From: Marsupella aquatica
Taxonomy: Eukaryota > Plantae > Marchantiophyta
NCBI GenBank assembly: GCA_973895155.1
Contig: OZ316898.1
Location: 12,113,187 to 12,177,186 of the forward strand
DNA: 64,000 bases
Direction: 5' to 3'
Below, in pieces: positions 50,301-62,029 of this stretch. A program made the translations under genes and the position numbers. The notes beneath the pieces were generated by a model that worked only from the letters and a program-made list of their open reading frames with translations, had not been told where the DNA came from and searched no databases. How positions within the stretch are numbered: the stretch's first letter is position 1; each line of letters opens with the position of its first letter.

Positions 50301-52973
50301 TTTCCACCCAAACTAAGCAGTTTCCTTTGATGCAAGATTGTTGGGAGGGGGGAGAAGAAAGAAAGGCAAACCAAGCTAGAGTGCCCCTGCCCACACAACC
50401 AAGCGGGAAGAAGAAAGAAAGGGAAACCAAGCTAGAGTGCCCCTGCCCACACAACCAAGCCACCACTCCGCCAAGGGAAAACTCTATTTTGGAAAAACTG
50501 ATAATTTCACTGGACTCCGTCTTTCATGTTGCAAGAAAACTATCTTTTTCCCCCAACAAAACAGTAATCCAGTGTGTAGAAGAGTTGGGAACTACAGTCC
50601 ACCCAGTGAACCTGGGTCTGGGGAACAATATTGAGAGATCTACAGTACTCGTGTTTTCGTATCAGAGTCACGCTGCTATAGTGGCCTGGATTCCTCCGTG
50701 CAACCAGCTTATGATGTGACAATCATGAGGCAACTGGAGCCACAAGGAGCACAAGGAGCAGTTGGGCATGAGAAAATCGAAATCTAGTAAAATATTCCAA
50801 GACATCAAACCAAACAGAGCACTTCAGATTTCTAAAAATATTGTCCTTTTTGGTTTGAAAAGTGCGTGAAGGTTGATTTCGAGGACTGAACAGTGGAGGG
50901 GAAAATTCCTAAAGTAAAATATCAAACACCTTTTTGATTGAAAAAGTGCTTGAAGGTTGCTTTCGAGGACTAGAGAGTGCGCAGTCTGTAAGTAATCATA
51001 AAATAAACACTGAACCCCTGTTCGGTTTGAAAAGTGCTTGAATCTTTGTTTCCTGGACTTAAAATATTGAACAAGATAAAATAGTAAAGTAAAATATCAA
51101 ACTCCATCAGCACTTTGGATTTTTTAAAGTAAACAATAATCATAAAATAAAAAAATGTCGAAAACGAGGAGACACTACAGTAATGCAACGAGCAAAATAT
51201 GCCAATCAGATGATAGTGTGCGGCGGGGTTTAGGGTGCAGTCAAATCGAACAGGTCATCCTACTGATTCAGTCGTCAGTGGCCCCTCTACATGGGCGTAT
51301 TGGGTGGAGATTTTGTCTTGGTGGAATAATTAAGATAGCTTGGAATCATCTGGTTTTGGTTTCAGATTACTTTAAGAGTACTTTAATAATCAATATAATT
51401 TGGTGGTTATTACACTTTTTTGGACAATCGAGTTGTTTGTTTATTCAAAGAAAGTCAATCACTAATGCAAGACAACCCACTTTCAAGACCATGGTCTACT
51501 CACTGAAACTAGCCCTGTGTTTTGATACGAAACGCTGCCCAAATTAGTAACACACGATCTATTAAAATTGGCCCAACTGATTTTGAACATGAAAGAGCAG
51601 GTCACCCATGGCCCCAAGGGGGATTATGGGATGGTGGTCCCGAGGCGGTTGTTTATGACCCCCGAGTGCAATCGGATAAACAAGCAAAAGCCCCAAGTTT
51701 AGTTTCAGTTTGTTGATGATCTGAAAATGGGCCAAAGATTGGCTAAAACTCAAAAGGGACTAGCCAGGAGGACCAAAATCTCATAACTCTCAGGCCAGGC
51801 TGGCTGAGAGTAATGGCTCAATATCTGTAGAAATACCCAAGGGATTTAAAAACAAGAGAAAGTCCACATGTTGGTCCAAAGTTTTTGCTACAAGTGGGCT
51901 AAAAGGCTCTGATTACTACCTTGGATTGCAATCGAGTACATATTGGGGACGGAAAATATGAAAATATGGAAATATTGGAAAATATGGGGGATGAAATTTC
52001 ATGGTCCACACCCTCATGTTTGATTTTCCTTTCGATTTTTTTTAATGTTTGTAAGAGCAAACTATGAAGCATGATTCCTTGAGATTGGCTTCCTTGAGAG
52101 TTAGTGCATTGGGCGGGGCATAAGGAGGGCTTAAACTTTCAGACTGTTTATTAGGAAATAACCCAAAAAGAACAAACCTGGTATCACTGTGATATGGATA
52201 GTGGTGAGGGTGGAGGGGAAGTGGAGTCAAATTCCTCTTTGGAATCCTCCTAAAATAGATGCAGTTTATCCTGGAGCTCTACCCGGATTTCAATTTGCTG
52301 CTCAGTAGGGCTCTACAGTAGTTCTTGTTCTTTGGCCCTTTAATTGGCAATCTAAGTGGGCTTTTTGGCTTTTTGGTGTTCTTGGATTGGGTTTTCGCCT
52401 CTGGGACCCTGTTTCCCGGTCTGGCACCTGTTCTTCTTTGTAGTATATTATATCTGAGCTATGTATGTATTTCTACAATTGGGACCAAGATTGGCCATTT
52501 TTTGTAATAACAAACCATTTTATTGATATATCTAGGTCTATGAGGCATCAAGTCTTTCCATGTCATGTTTCCCTTCAAATAACATATTATGATTATTAAG
52601 TTGCAGTCTTTACGGACCCCACTAGAGGTCCCTTCCAAAATTTGAGACTCCACAATGCGCCACGTCATCGACGGATTGGTTTACAAAATAAATTTGCTTC
52701 AACATTCGTGTCTGTGGCATGATTTTGGTAAAATTGAGGACGCCATGCCATAAACTTTTATGTAAAACTGTTTGAAAAATAACCGTTTTATTTACCCTAG
52801 GTAACAGAATGTTGAATTAGTAGTAGACTCGTAACCATTTTTTTACCGAATAACCGATTGCCCACCCTCTTTTAGGTTCAATTCCCAAACCAATAATAAT
52901 AAGTAATTAATTAAATCTTGCGGCCCATTACATTCCAGGGCGCTGGCAATAAACAAAATGTTATTGTATCGAC

Positions 52974-54143
52974 TCAAAATTTTTCAAACCTCCGATTTTT
53001 ATTGACTACAAAGGTTCTACGAGTCTGTCGTGGGATACTGCAGAACGTCTCCCCATCACCTCCACCCTGAGCTGTCGTCAAGCAAGTTATTGTTGTGTCG
53101 TAAGTTTCCTTATGAACTTGAATGTGACGTTTGTGTTGGAAAGCATTGTTTTTGCAGAACTTACTAGACATTTGGGAAGAACAAATTAACTCAGCTCGTT
53201 GGTAGGATTGAATCCTATGCCTGACTTTTGATTCGGGAATGGATAGAGAGGAACTCCTGGTGCTCTCAGTCTGCGCCTCTTTGCAAAGATGACGGTCTTG
53301 GAAATGTGAACCAGAATTGCTCCCTGAAAACAATTCCTACTGAATCGTCATGGTCTGATTTGTTCTCCGAAGCTGCAGATGCAGTTGACGACTTAGCTTC
53401 ACAATCTCTCATTAGTTCTCATTTTGTCAGATTGCATACCTTGCTAAGAACATTCAACGGCGTTTCTGGAGAGTGACCGGTCTTCATTGCTTGTATCAAT
53501 CGTGGAATTGGTATCCATGACACTCGTTAAGGCAATGGAAGTTTGACCATCTGTGATTGTCGATTCAGCCACTGGGGAAAACTCTGAAGTGCTCTTGACG
53601 TATGCTCTTTCCTTGAGTGCCTCAACGTATGGTTGCACAATTCATGTTTGCTTCAAAAATTTCAGCTTCGTTCGACGCTGTAACACTGCCATTCACTGAC
53701 GAGAATTTGCTAGGGGAAGGGACAGCCGGTCGCTCTGCCCCAAGAGAAGAAGCTCAAACTCGGTCATTACGTGCTAGAAACAGGGCAGGAGTGGAGTGGG
53801 AACGAGCACACAAACGCTGACGAGAGGAGATTGCATGTACTGCAGCGCCTCGCAACACATTGCTTTGTGCAGCGCGGCTTTCGGCAGAATCTCTAGTGCG
53901 CATGATGGGTCCACTAACTAATTTTTGTATAATAGAAAAAAAATTGGCATCTCTTGAAAGGATTGTAAAATACAAAGTTAGAGCCTTTGGGAATACTGGG
54001 TACGTTTTGGACAGAACTGTAAGAAGATTACCGTCCACTATAATTCTCTGTTTCAGTCCACTCCATCCACGTATCAATCCATTCTGCCTTTAACTTCCAT
54101 AATATATATTCAGACAAATTTAAATTGAATGAGGAAATCAACC
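52974..54143 (-). pseudogene. Possible degraded third cargo gene
   Basis: Exon-like segment ~54032-54143 (AG|..LISSFNLNLSEYILWKLKAEWIDTWMEWTETENYSGR|GT) followed by broken Ser/Thr-rich frames. No recognisable domain. Confidence 0.25.
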
Positions 54144-54517
54144 TATTCATTAAAAGTGTATTTTCTTTTGTTCACAAATGAGTCTTGAAATGTACACTTT
54201 CATGTCCCCAAATGTACACTTCAAGACACCCAAATGTACACTTTTGTGTCTCTAAATGTACACTTTATAGGCCAAATCACATTAATATTATATTAATAAA
54301 TAATACATATTATATTATTTAATAACTCACATAGAAATGGAGGATAAAAATTTATAAAGTTATTTCATCCCCATTTAAGGACCAGATATTCTGTGAACAA
54401 AATAACATCATTCCAAATAGATATAAAATATCTTTATACAATTATCTGCAAATTTACATTGAATACGAACATGTTTCTAGTACTATCCAAGGGGCTTAAC
54501 ACAAGTCAATTAAATAT

Positions 54518-55651
54518 CTAAACCAAGTGCTCCCTACAATGTGTATTTGAGCATGTGCCCCTGTCTCCTTTCCTATCTACCCTATTGTCACGGTTGCAAC
54601 TCACTTTATTTTCAGGGAGTTGAAATCTGGTGGTGTTGTTCCTAATGGCTATAATCTCCCGCAAAAAGTGTCTGGGATTTTCTCTATATGGACCTGAATA
54701 GTCCTTTCCTACAAATGATTTAGCAAGTGAGTTGACAAGTGCATTGTCAAGTTCCACCTCAGGACGTAAACTACATATACGGTGCTTTACATTCCAAGGG
54801 ATCTCATTACTGTTGAGGTCCAACACACTATGTGTAAACTGTGACTTCCAAATTTTTGCTGCAAATCTCTTGCTAAGTTGATCATAAGTAATCTCATTTT
54901 TTGCCTTGTCTCTCTTCATGTGCAAAAGAGACCACTTTGGAGAGTTGAGAAGAAGATAGCATCGAATGTCACTTGCATGTGATAGTTTCTCAAGACATGG
55001 CCAAAGAATTGCTAGAAGAAAATTATCTCCACGATTGGCATGCGTGTAGGGCACTGGAAATAATCCGGTCATGTCTGGGTTGGCAAATGCCTTAAGGGGG
55101 GAGTCATCCACAAGGAGGGTGTTGGTTTCATCATATAGATTTCCAAATGCATTCCATACCACCTGAAAATCCTTCAGTAGCACATTTGCCTTTCCGTTTG
55201 TAATGTCACGCCTTTGAATGCCTGTGTCAAAGGCTTCCACCTGTGTGAATACAAACTTAAGTTTCAACCGCTCCTCAACAGTGAACATCATGTTCAGCAT
55301 TTTCACTGTTCGTTCTACCCCAGCACAAGTCCAAATTGCAACGTCAAATCTGTCAAAAACCAACTTTAGAAACTCATGGAGCCCTGGTCGTTCTGTATAC
55401 ATGCGACTAATACCATTTTTTCTATCCCAATGCACTCCACTTGAGGTGACAATATTCCTGGATGTGCCCTTGTTTTGGAATTCAATAGAATCCCAAAGTA
55501 TTTTATTAAGGTCCAAAATCAGCAACTTCCGCTTGACGGGACCAGGTCTCGATTCTGCAAGTGCACCAAACACCATTCTCAGAGAAAAGACCAAAAGTGA
55601 ACTTTGGATTAGGATTGTCTCAGTCCAAAAATACAACACAATGGCTGACAA
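54518..55651 (-). CDS. FCP1/SCP-homology (NIF) HAD-family phosphatase-like protein with a C-terminal extension
   Basis: KLLILDLNKILWD (motif I, DLN variant of DxDxT), ERPGLHEFL..FDVAIWT, LKDFQVVW, NTLLVDDSPLKAFANP. Uninterrupted 377-codon frame. The real start may be ATG ~55576. Confidence 0.85.
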   Translation of the reverse strand: MSAIVLYFWTETILIQSSLLVFSLRMVFGALAESRPGPVKRKLLILDLNKILWDSIEFQNKGTSRNIVTSSGVHWDRKNGISRMYTERPGLHEFLKLVFDRFDVAIWTCAGVERTVKMLNMMFTVEERLKLKFVFTQVEAFDTGIQRRDITNGKANVLLKDFQVVWNAFGNLYDETNTLLVDDSPLKAFANPDMTGLFPVPYTHANRGDNFLLAILWPCLEKLSHASDIRCYLLLNSPKWSLLHMKRDKAKNEITYDQLSKRFAAKIWKSQFTHSVLDLNSNEIPWNVKHRICSLRPEVELDNALVNSLAKSFVGKDYSGPYRENPRHFLREIIAIRNNTTRFQLPENKVSCNRDNRVDRKGDRGTCSNTHCREHLV

Positions 55652-55793
55652 AAACGAAAATTAACCTACATACCGTTTTTAGAAGCCTCACAATGTGTAG
55701 ACGGATATGGAGACTTTAATTGGTGAGCCCATTCTGTGAGACCGAGAAGTATTTTAGATTGATATGAATAAATAGAAAGTCAAAGGCTGAATT

Positions 55794-58700
55794 TCATTCC
55801 GAAATAAGAGATCCGTATTCATCAATAATCATGTCAGCACCAAGCTCCTGTTGGATTTCAAAATTGACATCTGAAGTACTTTGTTCTACCCAATAAGGAG
55901 AAGTCCAAACAGGAGTTATGAACCCCAATTCTCCCCTCTTATACTCCTCCTTATTGAGAATTGAAGGAGCAGCTTCCAATGATATTTCTTGGCCTCGATT
56001 TGGCCCACTTTTCCACACGTAACATCGTGCGTCGCGTTCCAATGACCTCCATCCAGTTGATCCAACTCTATTCCCTTTCTTTTTTGAGAACGGAAGGACA
56101 ACAGGACTCCTCGAGTGTGAACGAACGAACACCAATTTGTCATCAGAAGCTGAAAAGAGTGTGTCAGGACAAGTTGAAGCACCTGCCTGGTTGTCAGCAG
56201 CCGTTGATGCATTTCCTCCTGGATTGATGGGAATGTCAGGCAATCCGCCGGCTTCCCCACGAGTCAATTCGTTAGTTTCAGCTTCATTTGAATCTCCAAG
56301 CCTCGTTGCGCCTTCGTTGATCAGATTGGTTGAAGAAAGATGATCAAACATATCAACCCTTGCTCCTTCCAGTTGCTCCATCTGTCCTCCCGGCGTTGTT
56401 GGATTGGGATCATCCTTGTCCAAGTTATCATCAACTTGAACTTCATGGGGCCCCGGAGGGATGTCATCTAAACCAGATGAACGGTTTGGTGCAAGTCCAA
56501 TATCATCATCTACATCGTAAGGCTCACCTTGACCAACACGGTCATCCAAATTTTTGACATATGCCTCGTCTGATGCCTCTACGCCTTTAGCCACTTTGTC
56601 AGCAACATCTTCAGACTCAGAACCGTCGGATTCAACAGCGACAGCTACAGCCGCAATAGTGGTAGCCCATTGTCGAGAATTTTCAGCAAGTGATTCACAA
56701 TGGGCTTTAAGTGAGGGAACTCTCTCGCAAAGGTAGGAAGCAAAAGCTTCCACAAAATGCCTCTCGGACTGAGAGTCACAATAAACAAAGCATTCCCTAT
56801 CGCAAAAAAATGATGTCTTCATGACTTGGCCACCGGAGAAAAAATCTAGAACCAAATCTCCCGGTTCTGATAAGGATTCAATAATCCTTCGGATCATCCG
56901 CGTGGGTTTGGCATGAGGATTAACCCATCCTCCGTGACTACCAACTGTCTCAAATCGAGGGGCCATATTCATAATCTTGACGGCCTCTTTCGGGTCCAAA
57001 ACCACTTTTAGGTCGTCGTTTTGTGTCCCCTCATCTGATTCCTTAGCTTTCCCCTTTCCCTTGTCGATCTTGCATACTTCATAATCAACATCCTTTGAAG
57101 TATACAAGAATTTTGGCTTTGGATAGTTGGGCTTGAAAACTTCATTCCAATTGACGTCTTCATCTCGAGAAATCCCTGCAAAGATAACTTCTTCAATCCC
57201 TCCACCCCAACATGAGTCATGAGGGTGCGGTTGATCATCTCGTGAATAACTCCCATACTCAATGTGAATGGTCAAAGCTTTCTCTTGTCCCAATTTACGA
57301 AGGGCACCATGGACATTCAGTGCAAGTTGTCCAGGATGAACTGTTATCGTCACCACAATCGTGGGATTTTGTGGAAGCTCCACAATGTATTCAAAGAGAA
57401 CAAGAATCTCTGCTTCAGTCCACTGTTTTTGTGGAAGCCGGCTAAAATCAACAATGGCAAGAGGGCAGGTCGGAGGAGCTTCTTGCAATGACTCTGGATC
57501 AATGGTCTTCATGAGATTGTCGCTAAAAAATGTAACCCATGGTAGGGTCCGAGAACGTGATCCTCCGCCAAATCTCTGGCAGTATATATCATCTAGGCGG
57601 AATACCAATGCCATCGGCAAGATTGCGCTCTCCCGCGTATGATTTGGCTTTAAAAGGTTGGCAAGATAGACCTCGCCAGCGGCTCTTCGACACCTGCTGA
57701 ACTCTGAATCAATTGCTAGCGTAGGAAGAACCTCAACTACTTTCCCCCAATTAGTATTTGTCGGGAAATTCACCGCATCCTTGGTGCAATAGTAGTCTTC
57801 AATAAGGGACTTGAGTTTCCGCACGATCTTCACATCTTTGGCCAACTCCTCTATAGATGGCATGTCTGATTTATTAGAGGCATCTTTCTTTAGCAATACC
57901 TTTCCTGACTTCACCCGCGTCAGTATTCTTGTGATGTCTCGTTGTGAGATCAACTCACCATCAAAACAACGAAACATGGCAACAGTAATTGCTTTTTTAG
58001 ACTTCTCATTTCCTTCTACACCAGCTCCATCGGGAAGTTTCCCATCCAACCACAATTGGCATACCAAACTCCATAAATCAAAAAGAGCATTGTCGGCAAA
58101 CAGTAACCAGTAGACATTACGACAATCTTTCCTTCCCATGGTCATTCTTGCAAGAGCCAACCAATCCTACAATTGCAAAGGAAAGTCTGTTAGTTCTCCA
58201 TAACTCAATTGTTTGAAAGCACTCAGGTGCGGACTGAGACCATCCAAGTCCAACACAGAAGTAGACAGTATCAGTGGAAATATTATATTGAATGTGCATG
58301 ATTTAGTTTGGACTAGGACCATCCCAATCCAAAACAAAACTAGACGGTATCAATGGAGAAATATTCTACTGAATGTGCATGAATCCATTTGGACTGGGAC
58401 CATCCCAGTCCAACACAAAACTAGACAATATCAGTGGAAATAGTCTATTGAATGTGCATGAATCCATTTGGACTGGGACCATCCCAGTCCAACACAAAAC
58501 TAGACGATATCAGTGGAAATATTCTACTGAATGTGAATGTATCCATTTGGACTCGGACCATCTCAATCCAAAGCAAACTTGAAGCTTTGTGGTCAAAGAC
58601 TACCATCTCAATTGTAATCACACATGGAGAGTCTACGGTATTGTACCAATCAAGCAGTAACACTTCATACCTGAAATTTTTGATTGTCTTGAGCGTTTGT

Positions 58701-60954
58701 TTTGTTGTCCCCATGTTTTGGCCGGCTAGGTTTTCCACATTCCACAAATTGCCGCCTAGCATGAACGACTGTATCTTTGAAGCATGACTGAAACACCATC
58801 GTGCTATTGATAGCATTAGATCGCATTGAATGCTCAACTAATATTGATGATGGTGTTCGATGAGATAATATTCTTGACTTTCGAAATTCCAGCTTTTTTG
58901 CCAATGCTGTTAGCTTGGCATCCTTGTTTGCCCATTCTCGAATCCATCTGGCTGCTCTGGCTGAATGTTGACCGCTAATGGCAAGGAATTGAACCTCCCC
59001 CTTTTTCACGGCTGCTACAAAGTCCCTCCTATCTGATTCCGTGTTGTCATATTGCATTAGGTTTCTATGTTTTGTAGTGTAAGGAATCAAGTCTGCTATG
59101 TGTGGTTCATGCCCCGGATTTCTTATCATGGAATTGGCCACCTCCTTTACATGGTCTGCATTCAACATTCTGTAACAGAGTCTTGCCGACGCAGGGAAAA
59201 TACTCTCTACGGGAATAGAAAATATCGAATTGATCCCAAACGTATAATATTGCTCCATTTGTTGTAGTACCTCATTACCTTCTAAGACCTTCTTCTCCTC
59301 AGGAGCGTCCAACTGCTCGTCCATATCTTGTGAATGCACTGTCAGGTTTTCTGTAGTGTCATCCATGATGACACTGTCAATTTTCTGTTTCTTCTTTTGT
59401 CTTGGCCTCTTTTCACTTGCACTTGGCTTCTCAACCGGACGTTTCTTCTCAACTGGCTTCTCAACTTGGCTTCTCGTACTCGGCTTCTCAACTGGCTTCT
59501 GAACTCGGCTTCTCGTACTCGGCTTCTCAACCAGCTTCTCAACTGGAAGTTTCTTTTCAACCGGAGGTTTCCTTTGGCTTTGTTTTTGTTTTCCCACTGC
59601 TCTTTGAGAGGTTGCTGCTGTAGTTCCCGCGGTCTCTGTTGTAGGTTCTGGAGCTTTCTCTGGCGCCTTCTCGGGCACAGGGTTTGTATTCACCGTTGGA
59701 AGGTTTCTCGTCTTTGACAAAGATTCTATCCATTGCTTTGCTTTGACTAAATCAAAGTTGGGATCAAATGCAACATCCTTATCAATTAAAACACCAGGCT
59801 CCTCTGACTCCAACGATAACAATCCAACTTTCTCAAGTAAATTGCTTAACGTCCAAGTAGTTGCAAAAGAGAAATTGCCTTGGTGCTTCATCATGTTGAG
59901 TTTCAAATATTGAAACCCATACATAATGTCGACTGGAAGCATACCAGTTACCCCGATGACCAACTTCTTTGTGTCATATGTCTTTGGAAAAAATCCCATT
60001 GACAAAACGCTCAATTCACCACTTGCGTGCCATTCGACATTGAATTCTGAGGAGTATGCCTTTGACATAAGGTTAACTTTAACCCAGCATGACCTATCGT
60101 GCATCTCCAGAATGACCGAATTCATCCCTCTCCCTCCAATGCCAACAGAGACCACAGGTCCGCAAACCAAAGTCAGGCTATCATTTGCTCTGCACTTTAA
60201 GGTCAAAACAGGTTCAATCGTGCTTGATGGCACTTCATTATTAAGCGGGGTTCTTGAGAACTCAAGCCCCCATCGGAAGCCTGGGGATCTCTCATCTAGT
60301 AAGAATCCGTCCCGGCAGTCGGTCGGTGCAATCGCGGGTTTGAAACCAACAAGATCGCTCCCTGCATCATAAAAACATCATCCATGTTAGACTTATTAAG
60401 TTTAAAACATTTGAATAACTCTTGTTGGATTAGGATGGTCCTAGTCCAACTTGAGATGGTTTTAGTCTTGCTCCTACAATCGAGATTCAATCTCCTGGAT
60501 GGATTAGGATCATCCGAGTCCAAGTTTGGATTGGGATCATCCGAGTCCACGTTTGAATTAGGATCATCTGAGTCCAAGTTCGGATTGGGATGGTCCGAGT
60601 CCAACTTTGGATTGGGATCATCCGAGTCCAACTTTGGACTGGGATCATCCGAGTCCAACTTTGGATTGGGATCATCCGAGTCCATGTTTGGATTAGGATC
60701 ATCTGAGTCCAAGTTCGGATTGGGATGGTCCGAGTCCAAGTTTGGATTGGGATCATCCGAGTCCAACTTTGGACTCGGATGGTCCCAGTCCTCTAAGACT
60801 TAGGGAGGATAGGTGATGGATACTTACTAGGGATTCTTGATTGAAATTGTTTGGAGTCTTCAAGTGCCAGTTCTACACTGTCGCTCATAGAGGAGAGGTC
60901 AAACTCCTCTGTTGCTTCCACGGAGGACTTCACAAGGACGCGATTCGCTTCCAT
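55794..60954 (-). CDS. Three-exon gene (~1396 aa): ParB/Srx-like domain + beta-class N4C/N6A DNA-methyltransferase-like domain + acidic tail
   Basis: Exons 60954-60828, 60361-58671 and 58166-55794 join in frame (4191 nt) through CTA|GTAAGT..TGCAG|GG and CAG|GTATGA..TGTAG|GAT. ParB-like IPVESIF..YRMLNADHVKEVANSM..FLAISGQHSARA (~58950-59220). MTase motifs X-I NPHAKPTRMIRRIIESLSEPGDLVLDFFSGG..DRECF (~56790-56925). Confidence 0.8.
58230..58580. repeat. Intronic tandem array, ~4.3 x 79 bp, each unit containing the palindrome TTGGACTGGGA-CCA-TCCCAGTCCAA
   Basis: GAATGTG anchors at 58290, 58371, 58450 and 58529. Confidence 0.92.
60425..60790. repeat. Intronic tandem array of 27-bp quasi-palindromic units (~11 copies plus one outlier)
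   Basis: TTTGGATTGGGATCATCCGAGTCCAAC-type units, giving the 9-aa periodicity of the overlapping spurious ORFs. Confidence 0.95.
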
Positions 60955-61830
60955 CTTTCTGACACGTGGCAGAGTGACACGTGGCTTCTTAGCAGGCGTC
61001 CGATTTAGGGCAATGAAAAAGAATGGAGGTGGAGGCGGAAGCAGGCAGAGGCGGGGAGGCGGAGAGAGAGCGGAGAGCAAAGAGCGAGGAGAGCGAGCGA
61101 GGAGAGCGAGCGAGTGAAGGCAAAGAGCAGAGAGCGGAGGCGGAGAGTGGAGAGCGTGAGCAGAGTGAGGAGCGAAAGAGTGAGAATGAGAATGAGGTCC
61201 TGGCTGGACCTCTCCGTCCCTTTACCCCCTCCTGCCTCACCCCGGCCTGCGTACGGCCGGTTGCCTCCTTCTCCTACGTACGGCCTGATAGTGCGTACGG
61301 CTTGCTCCTGCGTACGGCCCGTTGCCCGCACCCTGCATACGGGCCTCCTTCCTTGATGTCCTGCCTACCTAACAGCCTTGCACGGTAGTCCCCGCGCAAT
61401 TAGGCTCGTGAAGATAAGGTGTGCCGCAAGCTAAGGTGAAGGGGTACTCAACCCTTATCTTCACGCGATTTCCGTTTGAGCCGACTTGAGCAAAGGGTAT
61501 ATTTCGGGAGACGCCCACTTCGGAGCTCATTCTTGTTCTAGTTTCCCAAATCTAAGCTCCATGTAATCCGGAGTTTCTCTTAAAGTGTTATGTATTGAGC
61601 CACTTACCTTCAATGGGTCAGCTTAGCCAGCTTCTTGACTTTTGGGGTCCTCTCAGTTTATCTTTTACAGACATGTGTGGTTTAGGGTTCAGTTTGTTTT
61701 TTACTCCCAAGATTTAGTGGCATATAGCTTGTATTTCAGGGTTCTGGGAAAGTTTTTACCAATCTAGAGACAACAATGTATCCCCCTTGGATGTGATATT
61801 CATATTCTACCAGATCTTAATACTAAGGTG
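60955..61830. promoter_or_regulatory. Putative divergent promoter / 5' UTR region
   Basis: Lies between head-to-head genes. GA/CT-rich tract 61030-61200, CpG-rich segment with five CGTACGG-like motifs (61245-61345), and a 13-bp inverted repeat at 61407-61419 / 61453-61465. Confidence 0.5.
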
Positions 61831-62029
61831 AGTATAAGGTTAACGCATTCAAATATAAGGCTAGGTTTCATTATTTCATGAAACTGTATGTAGACATTAG
61901 GGTCTACCTTAAGACCACGCAAACTTTAGGCTACACCATATAGGGAGATCCGTAAAATACGGAGTCTTCCTAAATTTGGAATTTTCTTAGCTTAAAATGT
62001 TTGAAGTTTATCTCCCGTTACATTATGGG

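Noticed and set aside
47400-52500. Additional LTR/LINE fragments and ORFs such as 47745..48221
   Set aside because: Probably repeat debris, but no diagnostic motif, terminus or TSD could be established by eye.
58230-58580. CRISPR-like array (palindromic repeats separated by spacers)
   Set aside because: The spacers are near-identical to each other, so this is a 79-bp tandem repeat. The context is eukaryotic and there are no cas genes.
55794-60954. Bacterial contamination as the source of the ParB-MTase gene
   Set aside because: The gene has phase-compatible spliceosomal GT-AG introns and is flanked by eukaryote-type NIF and Tnp1/En/Spm genes.
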